The notes under the pieces were generated by a model. That model was not told the origin of the DNA, ran no database searches, and saw only the letters and a list, made by a program, of their open reading frames with translations. Of a DNA stretch of 63,768 nt, positions 1 to 8,164 are shown piece by piece (position 1 is the stretch's first letter; every line of letters begins with the position of its first letter). A program made the translations under genes and the position numbers. Origin of the DNA: Armatimonadota bacterium (GTDB taxonomy: Bacteria > Armatimonadota > UBA10988); NCBI GenBank assembly GCA_016235455.1, contig JACRKZ010000106.1, forward strand, positions 1 to 63,768. The letters run 5' to 3'.

Positions 1-1001
1 TCGACCAGGTCCTCCATGGCGACTACGCCCACCAGGCGGCCCGCGTCGTCGACGGCGACCGCCAGCGAGCAGCGTGCCCCGCGCATGAGGCGCAGCGCGT
101 CGTCGAGAGCGACATCGACCTGTAGGCGCAGCGGTGCCGGCGTACGGCGGTGCGACAGCACCTGCAGCACGTTCGACAGCGGCTGGTCGAGGTAGGGCAG
201 CAAGTCCTTGCTGTGCAACACGCCGACGACGGCGCCGTCCGCCCGGCAGACTGGGAAGCGGCTGTGGGACGACGCGACCAGCCGGCGTAGCGCCTCGTCG
301 AAGTCGGCGTGGACGTGCAGCCGCTCCACCCGCGGCCAGGGCACCATCACCTGACCCAGCACGGTGCGGCCGAAGTCGAGCTCCCGGCGTAGCAGGTTGG
401 TCTCCGCGACGCTCAGCTCGCCCTCTTGGTCACCCACCTCAATGGCCTCTGCCAGGGCCTGGTTGGCGGGCTCCTCGCGGGGTGACAGCGGCTCGGGCTC
501 GGCGCGCGCCACGAGCGTCAGGAGTGGCCGCAGCAGCGGCCCCCAGAGCGCCGCCGCCGCCGCCAGCGGGCGCGTGGGTGCTTCGTGCCAGCGTCGGCTG
601 AGCCAGAGCTCGCAGAGGACGCGCACCACGCAGACCGCCACCACGGCCCCCGGCCGATAGGGCCAGGCGCGCACCAGCAGCCAGGCACCGGTGCAGGTGA
701 GGAGCGTGAGGTGCAGCGGCCCGGCCAGGTCGACCCAGGCGGCGAGGCGCGAGGCGCGGGCGCCGTAGCGGCCGGTGAGGCGCGACTGCTCGCCGGCGCG
801 CAGGGCCAGCAACTGGCCGTGGTCGGCCAGGCAGAGCGATAGCGGTAGCGAGCCGAACAGCAGCAGCAGGGCACCAGCCGTATCCCAGCCGGCACGCCAA
901 GGCACGGCCGGAGCCGTGGTGTCCAGCACCAGGAGGATCGCCGCGAGCGCAGGCCAGCCACAGCCCGGTCGCGGCCCCGGTTGTTGGGTCGAGTCCTTCA
1001 T
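1..1001 (-). CDS. CNNM/HlyC-CorC-type membrane protein with CBS pair (3' end outside the window)
   Basis: Not in the ORF track. Manual translation from ATG 1001 gives a hydrophobic N-half, then ELDFGRTVLGQVMVP, SSHSRFPV, VVGVLHSKDLL and GRLVGVVAMEDLV, typical of CorC/HlyC CBS domains. Confidence 0.8.
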   Translation of the reverse strand, partial: MKDSTQQPGPRPGCGWPALAAILLVLDTTAPAVPWRAGWDTAGALLLLFGSLPLSLCLADHGQLLALRAGEQSRLTGRYGARASRLAAWVDLAGPLHLTLLTCTGAWLLVRAWPYRPGAVVAVCVVRVLCELWLSRRWHEAPTRPLAAAAALWGPLLRPLLTLVARAEPEPLSPREEPANQALAEAIEVGDQEGELSVAETNLLRRELDFGRTVLGQVMVPWPRVERLHVHADFDEALRRLVASSHSRFPVCRADGAVVGVLHSKDLLPYLDQPLSNVLQVLSHRRTPAPLRLQVDVALDDALRLMRGARCSLAVAVDDAGRLVGVVAMEDLV

Positions 1002-1076
1002 GTGCCTCGAGCGGGCCGGACGTCGCACAGTCGGCCCGTCCCCATTATCGGCCGGCGGCGGCGCGGCGACAAGGGC

Positions 1077-1104
1077 GACGTAGGTGGTGGGACGTGGGAT
1101 GTGA
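1077..1104 (+). repeat. Heptamer tandem array GACGTAG-GTGGTGG-GACGTGG-GATGTGA
   Basis: 7-bp periodicity; related units at 40183-40210 and, inverted, at 40230-40257. Confidence 0.5.
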
Positions 1105-1149
1105 GTGACGGCGCCTGTACCGCCTGCCTCCGGCGTCTGATCGCTTGCG

Positions 1150-3075
1150 TCACGTGAAGAATCCCGGCACCGGCCGATGCAGCCACAGGCTCAGCAGCGT
1201 CACGCCGCCGCCCACGACGTAGTCGCCCAGCATCAGGCCGAGGAAGAACGGCATCGCGGCGCGGAATCGCCGCAGCCCGCCATGCCGCAGCACGAAGCCC
1301 TTGATGACCCAGCTCAAGAACACGGAGAACCACAGCCAGCTCATGGTCCAGCTGCCGGCGATGGCGTAGCCCACGGGGTGGAACGGCACGGCCAGGAAGC
1401 GTCGGCGCAGCGCCATCATGCCCAGCGTCAGCAGGCCGCCGCCGCCGAACTGGGTCAGTGCGGCGTGGTCCGGCCCGGGCTTGGCCGTGGTCATCCATGA
1501 CTCCAGTCGACTGAACGACTCGCGCGCCAGCCCGGTGCCGTAGCCGCGTATGCCGGACAGACCGCCCTGCTCGTAGTACTGCGTGAGCGCCGCCGCCGAG
1601 GCCGCCAGGAAGCCGACCACACCGACCAGTAGGAGCGCCGCCGCCAGCCGGTTGCCGTCACGGCGGCGCGTCCGATGCCAGTCGTGCAGCCGAAAGGCTT
1701 CGAGTTGGTGGGGCATGGGCAGGCTGCGGTAGTCGCGGGTCAGCCAGAACAGCATGGACAGCGCGGTCAGGTTGCGCACGCCCAGCGCGGCCGGCCCGAA
1801 GCCCGCGGTCAATGCCCAGTCGGGCCCGGCGAAATACAGGTCGTGCGTCGGCGGGCCAAGCTCGGCTCTCATGCGCGTCACGGCCACGGCCAGCACGCCG
1901 TAGACCAGCACGAAGCCGGCCGCTGGCCACCAGTCCAGCCCGACGGCGTGGATGAAGCATGTCATGCCCACCAGGCCAGCGGCGAACAGCAGCAGCGCCG
2001 AGCGGCCGGCGACGGGCTCCGCGGCGTCCCTCTCGTCGCTGCGCCAGGCGCGGCGCAGCGCTTGTGCAATTGGCCGGCGCGAGGCGCCCAGCGCGAACAG
2101 GCCCACGGCCACCCAGGCGCCGGCCGACTGATCGCTGGCATACGGCCCGGCCAGCGAGCCCCAGCCCAGCCACTCACGCAGCACCATCTGGCCCTTCCAG
2201 AACAGGTAGAAGAACCAGGTGCTGAAGGCCAGATCCTGGGGCATGAACCAGGCCAGCCCGATGGCGAATGGGTAGATGCACAGCGGGGTCCAGCCGATGG
2301 CGCTCCACGGGCGCTCGGTAATGTACGTGCGCAGGTCCCATTTGGTGGGCAGTTCGGGGATGGCTGGGTGCAGCGCATGGCCCGCGCGCAGCAGACAGAT
2401 GGTGCCAGCCACCGCGAAGCCAGCCCACAGGTACGGCGAGCGCCACAGGCCAGTCTCGGGGCTGGTCATCTGCAGGGGCAGATGAATGCACGGGAAGCTC
2501 AGTCGCTCCTCATCGCACCAAGCGCGGCGCAGCAGCAGCGACATGCCCAGCATCCAGGCCAGCACCAGCCCGACGAGCAGCGCCCAGCAGCAGAGCGGCC
2601 CGACCCACAGGCCGAGGATGTCAGGATCCCAGAACCGCGCATGGCCTTCGAAGAAGCCTTTGACCGCCATGGAATCCTGCACCAGGAGTCGCTTGGGCAG
2701 TTGGCCATGGAACAACTCCTGCCAGCGGTTCTCGGGCGTGGCGAAGCGGTACGGCACGACCATGAGCGGCAGCAGGATCTGGGTCAGGTCATGGCTGGCC
2801 AGGCTGGTGCCCATGGCCACCATGCTGTAGAGCACGAGCAGTTCACCGCGGTTCAGCGCGAGCTTGGGCCACAGCCGGCGCAGCACGGCATTGGCGGCCA
2901 GCGCGGCGACCAGCACATCGACGGCGGTCCAGAAGATAGACAGCACCGTGGCGTGGACCGACGGGTAGACGATCTCGGCGCAGAAGATCCACCACGCAAC
3001 CGGCGGCGTGAGGAGCAGCGCGAGCACGACGACGCGCAGGCTGACGATGCGTTGTCCGGTCGGCTCGGGCGGCAA
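1150..3075 (-). CDS. Polytopic membrane protein, DUF6785/DUF6784-like (putative OPT-related transporter)
   Basis: 641 aa with many TM segments; motifs ERLSFP, YPFAIGLAWFMPQDLAFSTWFFY, RMRAELGPP, PFHPVGY, PFFLGLMLGD. Confidence 0.75.
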   Translation of the reverse strand: MPPEPTGQRIVSLRVVVLALLLTPPVAWWIFCAEIVYPSVHATVLSIFWTAVDVLVAALAANAVLRRLWPKLALNRGELLVLYSMVAMGTSLASHDLTQILLPLMVVPYRFATPENRWQELFHGQLPKRLLVQDSMAVKGFFEGHARFWDPDILGLWVGPLCCWALLVGLVLAWMLGMSLLLRRAWCDEERLSFPCIHLPLQMTSPETGLWRSPYLWAGFAVAGTICLLRAGHALHPAIPELPTKWDLRTYITERPWSAIGWTPLCIYPFAIGLAWFMPQDLAFSTWFFYLFWKGQMVLREWLGWGSLAGPYASDQSAGAWVAVGLFALGASRRPIAQALRRAWRSDERDAAEPVAGRSALLLFAAGLVGMTCFIHAVGLDWWPAAGFVLVYGVLAVAVTRMRAELGPPTHDLYFAGPDWALTAGFGPAALGVRNLTALSMLFWLTRDYRSLPMPHQLEAFRLHDWHRTRRRDGNRLAAALLLVGVVGFLAASAAALTQYYEQGGLSGIRGYGTGLARESFSRLESWMTTAKPGPDHAALTQFGGGGLLTLGMMALRRRFLAVPFHPVGYAIAGSWTMSWLWFSVFLSWVIKGFVLRHGGLRRFRAAMPFFLGLMLGDYVVGGGVTLLSLWLHRPVPGFFT

Positions 3076-3098
3076 GGCGTGGTTCCGTGGGCTGGGAC

Positions 3099-3135
3099 CG
3101 AGTGTAGCATCGCGCCGCCGCCGATGCTAGACTCG
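3099..3135. promoter_or_regulatory. Back-to-back extended -10 elements forming a 14-bp inverted repeat
   Basis: CGAGTGTAGCATCG-N9-CGATGCTAGACTCG (1 mismatch); contains TGCTACACT (-) and TGCTAGACT (+), each facing a divergent gene. Confidence 0.6.
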
Positions 3136-3176
3136 TCGTGTTGGGGCAGGGGCGCCGACTGGGGGAGCCTGCCACG

Positions 3177-3455
3177 ATGCCGGCCCTGCTGCTTTGCCTG
3201 ATGCCGGTCGGCAAGCAGCCAGCGGTGGACGACTTGGTGCGCCGGGTGGTCTGCGACGAGGCGCTTACCCGGCCGAGCGCCATGGTAGAGGCCGACGGCG
3301 CAAAGGCGGTCGCCAGTTCGCTCATGCGCCGGCGCATCGTCAACCAGCCGCGCAAGGACGACGAGGCGCTGGTCGCGGCGGCCAAGGCCTACGTGCTGCC
3401 GGATCCGAGCCTGCGGCGGCTGGTGACACTGCCGGGCGACCCCTTCGCGCGCTAG
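3177..3455 (+). CDS. Small hypothetical protein (92 aa)
   Basis: GGAG upstream of ATG 3177 and a candidate promoter at 3125-3133; no recognisable motif. Confidence 0.5.
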   Translation: MPALLLCLMPVGKQPAVDDLVRRVVCDEALTRPSAMVEADGAKAVASSLMRRRIVNQPRKDDEALVAAAKAYVLPDPSLRRLVTLPGDPFAR

Positions 3456-4615
3456 CGCGGCGGCGCCTGCCGGAACCCGTCAACCCACCATCCGGTCCAC
3501 CACGAGTTGGCCGGCTTGGCCGGGTCGTGCCAGGCGACAAGATCGGTCGACCATTTGGCCAGCAGCACATCGAAGTTGTCGCGGCCCAGGTCGTAACGCA
3601 GGCTCTGGTTGTAGTTGAAGGCGGCCCAACCGCCCTGATTGACGGCCTTGTGGCACCACACGGCCCAGTGCCAGCCGCGCTTGTTCATCGCCTCGGCCAG
3701 GCCCGCGGCGGACTCCTTGGTGTCCTCGGGTGCCTTCATCTCGCCGATGAACACCGGCACGGCCACGTCGTCGGTGATGCCGGCCTTCTTCGCCCAGCGA
3801 GTCAGCTTCTCATCCAGTGTGCCCGGCTCCTTGTCCTCGGGGTAGTGGGCCGACCAGATGCTGTTGCGCCAGTAGGGGTCGCGGAAGTTGGTGTAGCCCA
3901 TCGACTCGCCGATGACGATGCGCTCGGGGTCTTCGGCGCGGATGGCGTCGGTGAAGGCCCGCTGCACGGCATCGCCGGGCGAACCCTCGGGCTCGTTGAT
4001 CAGGTCGAACCCGGCGATGGCGCCCACGCCCCGGAAGTGCCTGGCCACTTCCCGCCAAATGGCGGCGCTCCGGGCGCGGGCCTCGTTGCTGCCGTCCACA
4101 TGGCGCGAGATGAGCGAGTAGGACTCACGCTCGCCGGGCCAGATGTGCAGGTCGAGGATGACGTAGATACCGCGGCGCGCGGCCTCCTTGACGACCCAGT
4201 CGAGCCGGGCGAAGTCGATCTCGCCGCGCGCGTTGCGCCGCCAGTTGCCAGCGGCGTCCTGCAGGTTGCGGTAGCCAAACGGCACGCGAATGAGGTTGAA
4301 GCCCCACTCGGCGATCTTGTCGAGATCGCGCGTGGTGAACCAGTTGTCGCGCCAGGCTTCGATCAGCAGGCCGGCCCGCTCGGCGCCGAATCGCGCCTCG
4401 AGTTGCTCCAGCGCCCAGCGCTCGCCGCTGTCGGTCTGGCCACACATCCAGCCCTCGGTGACGAGCCACCCGCCGACATTGACGCCGCGCAGCGCCACCA
4501 CCTGGCCATCGCGGCTCTTCAGCGCGCGGCCGTCGGTGTGCAGGTAGCTGCCCGGCCCGAGCGGCGCGGCCCCGACGGTCAGAGCAAGCAAGACGGCAAC
4601 AACCCAGCGGTACAT
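3452..4615 (-). CDS. Secreted glycoside hydrolase family 5 (cellulase family)
   Basis: Signal peptide MYRWVVAVLLAL; GVNVGGWLVTE, FNLIRVPFGY, ILDLH, acid/base INEP, nucleophile IGEM. Confidence 0.88.
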   Translation of the reverse strand: MYRWVVAVLLALTVGAAPLGPGSYLHTDGRALKSRDGQVVALRGVNVGGWLVTEGWMCGQTDSGERWALEQLEARFGAERAGLLIEAWRDNWFTTRDLDKIAEWGFNLIRVPFGYRNLQDAAGNWRRNARGEIDFARLDWVVKEAARRGIYVILDLHIWPGERESYSLISRHVDGSNEARARSAAIWREVARHFRGVGAIAGFDLINEPEGSPGDAVQRAFTDAIRAEDPERIVIGESMGYTNFRDPYWRNSIWSAHYPEDKEPGTLDEKLTRWAKKAGITDDVAVPVFIGEMKAPEDTKESAAGLAEAMNKRGWHWAVWCHKAVNQGGWAAFNYNQSLRYDLGRDNFDVLLAKWSTDLVAWHDPAKPANSWWTGWWVDGFRQAPPR

Positions 4616-4640
4616 AGCCCGGCCTCCTGAGCAGGCCAGT

Positions 4641-5162
4641 CTAGCACACGTCGTCTGGCGCCGCCACGGCCGGTGCATACCACCCGCCGAAGTTCACCAG
4701 CTTGGACACGGGTGGCTCGGCGCGGTGGGCGGCGGCGATGTGGCCGGTGACGATGACGTGGTCGCCCGCGGGCAGTTCACTGGCCAGACGGCACTCGAAG
4801 GCCAGCGCGCAGCCGTCGATCAGCGGCACGCCAGTGGCGCTACCGGGCGAGTGGCGGATGGGGTAGGCGGCGAACTTGTCCACCTCGCGGCCGCTGCGGG
4901 TGCCACTCCAGGTGATCAGTTCATGCTGCCCGAGCCCGGCGAAGGCCAGGCCGAACTCGCCGGTGGCGCGTATCTGGGCCAAGCTGTAGCGTTGCGCATG
5001 CAGCGCAACAGCCAGCATGGGCGGGTCGAGACTGCATTGCATGGCCCAGCCGGCGGGCATCAGGTCATAGTGGCCCGCGCCGTCGTGGGTGACGACGAAG
5101 AGCAGCCACTCGGGGAACTTGAGGTCGAGGGCGGCAGCGGGCGCGAGTGTGGTCCAGGCCAT
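4641..5162 (-). CDS. Flavin reductase family protein
   Basis: SLDPPML, SGREVDKF, FECRL, GDH motifs. Confidence 0.88.
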   Translation of the reverse strand: MAWTTLAPAAALDLKFPEWLLFVVTHDGAGHYDLMPAGWAMQCSLDPPMLAVALHAQRYSLAQIRATGEFGLAFAGLGQHELITWSGTRSGREVDKFAAYPIRHSPGSATGVPLIDGCALAFECRLASELPAGDHVIVTGHIAAAHRAEPPVSKLVNFGGWYAPAVAAPDDVC

Positions 5163-5182
5163 GGGTCGAACTTCCTTCCGCC

Positions 5183-5215
5183 GACGGCCTGGGAGCGTGG
5201 CGCTCCCAGGCCGTC
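5183..5215. terminator. Perfect 15-bp GC hairpin between lacI and the flavin reductase gene
   Basis: GACGGCCTGGGAGCG-TGG-CGCTCCCAGGCCGTC; no U-tract, so it may instead be a REP-like element. Confidence 0.45.
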
Positions 5216-5237
5216 CAGCGGCTTGTGTGACCCGCGA

Positions 5238-6203
5238 CTAGCTCGCCGCCGCCGTCGACTTGCGCACAACGATGCGCGGCGCGGAAGCAGCGTTCACCAC
5301 CGGCGGCTGACCCAGCAAGCGCGCGACGGCCTGCCCGGCGAGGTCGGTGATCGGCGGCTCGACCGTGGTCAGCGGCGGGTCGGCCAGGGCGCCCAGGGCC
5401 AGGTTGCCCCAACCCACCACGGACAGCTCCTTGGGCACCTTGAGATCCAGTCGCCGAGCCGCGCGCAGGACCATGAGCGCCGCCGCGTCGGAGGTGCAGA
5501 CCAGCGCCGTGGGCCGCGTCTTGCGGGAGCGGAGCACCTCGCGCAGCGCGTCGCGCAGGTCGCTCTCGCCCTCTTCGGTGCGGATCAGGTGCTCCGCGGG
5601 CACGGCTTGCCACGAGGCCTTCATGGCTTCGAGGAACGAGGCTTCCAGCGCCGGCTCGCTGGGGATGGAGACGAGGCCCACGCGGCGGTGACCGAGATCG
5701 AACAGGTGGTCGAGCGCCGGTGCCAGCGGTTGCCCGCCATGGAACGGCTGCATGGCGCAGAGCGGGATCTCATAGCGGTCGAGTTCGGTCGACAGCTTGG
5801 CCTGGACTTTGGCTGGCAGATTCCAGGCCACCACACCGGCCGGCCGCAACTCGATGCAGCGCTCGACCGCGGCGGCGCACGCCGCGTCGTCCTGGCCGCT
5901 GGCCAGCACGTGCAGGTACTGCCCGTGGCGCTCGGCCTCGGCCACGGCGGCAGCCAGGCAGCGCGAGCTCAACTCGTCGGCGACGACGGGCGTCAGCAGA
6001 CAGAGGAACGGGTTGCGCCCGGTGATCATCGCCCGCGCCAGTTCGTTCTTGCGGTAGCCCAGGCTCTCCGCGACGGCACGCACGCGCGCCACCGTATCAG
6101 CCGCGAGGCCAACCGATTCGTGTCGTCCGTTGAGTACGAGCGACACCGTGGAACGCGATACACCCGCGGCGCTTGCCACGTCGGCCATGGTCACCATTGG
6201 CAC
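5238..6203 (-). CDS. LacI family transcriptional regulator
   Basis: HTH VTMADVASAAGVSRSTVSLVLN, LGYRKN, LGHRRVG, VPKELSVVG, PPLTTV. Confidence 0.93.
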   Translation of the reverse strand: MPMVTMADVASAAGVSRSTVSLVLNGRHESVGLAADTVARVRAVAESLGYRKNELARAMITGRNPFLCLLTPVVADELSSRCLAAAVAEAERHGQYLHVLASGQDDAACAAAVERCIELRPAGVVAWNLPAKVQAKLSTELDRYEIPLCAMQPFHGGQPLAPALDHLFDLGHRRVGLVSIPSEPALEASFLEAMKASWQAVPAEHLIRTEEGESDLRDALREVLRSRKTRPTALVCTSDAAALMVLRAARRLDLKVPKELSVVGWGNLALGALADPPLTTVEPPITDLAGQAVARLLGQPPVVNAASAPRIVVRKSTAAAS

Positions 6204-6212
6204 TGTGTCTCC

Positions 6213-6226
6213 CTAACCTGCGTTAG
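6213..6226. promoter_or_regulatory. Candidate LacI autoregulatory operator CTAAC-CTGC-GTTAG
   Basis: Palindrome about 10 bp upstream of the lacI start. Confidence 0.45.
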
Positions 6227-6254
6227 ACAGACAGAATGCCGAGACGTTCCAGGT

Positions 6255-8036
6255 CTAGACTTCGTCTTCTTCGGGCAGTACGGCCAGCTTGACCTCGGCC
6301 AACTGCGCCGCGTCGATGGCGGTGGGGCAGCCGAGCATCAGGTCGCGGCCGGTGCTGGTCTTGGGGAAGGCGATGACCTCGCGAATGTCGACGTCCTTGG
6401 CCTCCTGGCCGCAGAGGATGGCGACGATGCGGTCGAAGCCCAGGCCCACGCCACCGTGCGGCGGGGCGCCATAGCGGAAGACTTCGAGCAGGAAGCCGAA
6501 CTTCTCCTCGGCCTCCTCGCGGTCCATGCCGATGACCTTGAGCACGCGCAACTGGATCTCGGGATCGTGGATGCGGATGCTGCCGCTGCCCAGCTCGGCG
6601 CCGTTGCAGACCAGGTCGTAAAGCTGCGCGACCACGCCCAGCGGATCGCTTTCCAGCGTCTCCAGGCACTCTGGGTTGGGCATGGAGAAGGGGTGGTGCA
6701 TGGGCGTGACGCCGCCGGTGTTCGGGTCGGCCTCGAACAGCGGGAAGTCGGTGACCCACAGCATGTCGATGCGGTCTTTGTCGACCAGCCCGAGCTGATG
6801 GCCCAGCTTGACGCGCAGGCGGCCCAGCGCGTCAGCGACGACGCTCGGCTTGTCGGCCACAAAGAGCAGCACATCACCGGGCTTGCCGCCCATGCGCTCG
6901 ACGATGGCCTGCTGGATGGCTTCGGGCAGGAACTTGAGGATGACGCTGCGCAGCCCGTCCTCTTCCACGGCGATCCAGGCCAGACCCTTGGCGCCGAAGT
7001 CGCGCACGAACGAGGTCAGGTCGTCCAGATCCTTACGCGACAGGTTGCCGCCCGCCGGCACGCAGATGCCCTTGACCTGGCCGCCGCCGGCGATGACGTT
7101 GCGGAACACCTGGAAGTCGACGTCGGCGACGAGGTCGCTGATATCGGTCAGCTCGACGCCAAAGCGCGTGTCGGGCTTGTCCGAGCCGTAGCGGCGCATG
7201 GACTCGGCGTAGGTCATGCGTGGGAAGGGACCGGCGATGGTCCGGCCGGCCGAGCCGAACACCTCGACCATGAGCCCTTCGATGGTCTCGAGGATCTCAT
7301 CCTGCTCGACGAAGCTCATCTCCAGGTCGATCTGCGTGTGCTCGGGCTGGCGGTCGGCGCGGAGGTCTTCGTCACGGAGACAGCGAGCAAGCTGAAAGTA
7401 GCGGTCGCAGCCCGACGCCATAAGCGTCTGCTTCATGAGCTGGGGCGACTGCGGCAGCACGTAGAACGTGCCGGGCACGAGGCGACAGGGCACGAGGAAG
7501 TCGCGCGCGCCTTCGGGCGTGGCCTTGAGCAGCAGCGGCGTCTCGATCTCGAGGAACTCCTGGCTGCTGAGGTAGGCGCGAGCCGCCTGGGCGGCGGTGT
7601 GGCGGATCTGCAGGTTGCGCTGCATCTCGGGCCGGCGCAGGTCGATGAAGCGATAGCGCATGCGCTGTTCGAGCCCGATGACCTCATCGTCCAGCTCGAA
7701 TGGCGGGTGCTCGGCGCGGCACAGCACGGTGATCGTCTTGGCGATGATCTCCACCTGGCCCGTGGGGATGCGCGGATTCTCAAGCCCTTCGCCGCGCATG
7801 ACGACTTCGCCCACGACGTCCAGCACATACTCCGCGCGGCTACCATCGGCGATGGCATGGGCCTCGGGCGTGCCCCGCTCGGGGTCGGCCACGATCTGCA
7901 GCAGCCCGGTGCGGTCGCGCAGGTCCAGGAAGATCACGCCACCGTGGTCGCGCCGGCTGTTGACCCAGCCCTTGACGCAAACCGTTTGCCCGACGTGCTC
8001 GGGGCGCAGGAGACCGCATTTGTGTGTTCGCCGCAT
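6255..8036 (-). CDS. aspS: Aspartate--tRNA ligase, likely non-discriminating Asp/Asn type
   Basis: RRDHGG, FLDLRDRTG, TPEGARDF, LPQSPQL, RDEDLRADRQPE, GAPPHGG. Confidence 0.97.
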   Translation of the reverse strand: MRRTHKCGLLRPEHVGQTVCVKGWVNSRRDHGGVIFLDLRDRTGLLQIVADPERGTPEAHAIADGSRAEYVLDVVGEVVMRGEGLENPRIPTGQVEIIAKTITVLCRAEHPPFELDDEVIGLEQRMRYRFIDLRRPEMQRNLQIRHTAAQAARAYLSSQEFLEIETPLLLKATPEGARDFLVPCRLVPGTFYVLPQSPQLMKQTLMASGCDRYFQLARCLRDEDLRADRQPEHTQIDLEMSFVEQDEILETIEGLMVEVFGSAGRTIAGPFPRMTYAESMRRYGSDKPDTRFGVELTDISDLVADVDFQVFRNVIAGGGQVKGICVPAGGNLSRKDLDDLTSFVRDFGAKGLAWIAVEEDGLRSVILKFLPEAIQQAIVERMGGKPGDVLLFVADKPSVVADALGRLRVKLGHQLGLVDKDRIDMLWVTDFPLFEADPNTGGVTPMHHPFSMPNPECLETLESDPLGVVAQLYDLVCNGAELGSGSIRIHDPEIQLRVLKVIGMDREEAEEKFGFLLEVFRYGAPPHGGVGLGFDRIVAILCGQEAKDVDIREVIAFPKTSTGRDLMLGCPTAIDAAQLAEVKLAVLPEEDEV

Positions 8037-8164
8037 TCGCCTCGTCCTTGCCGGCCACAGTTATACCGTGGATCACGCGAGACGTCCATGCCGAGGGGCC
8101 TCAAGCGTTTACAGCGTGGCCCGGCCGGGGCAATATGGCCACATCGACGTCGAAGGAACTGGCG

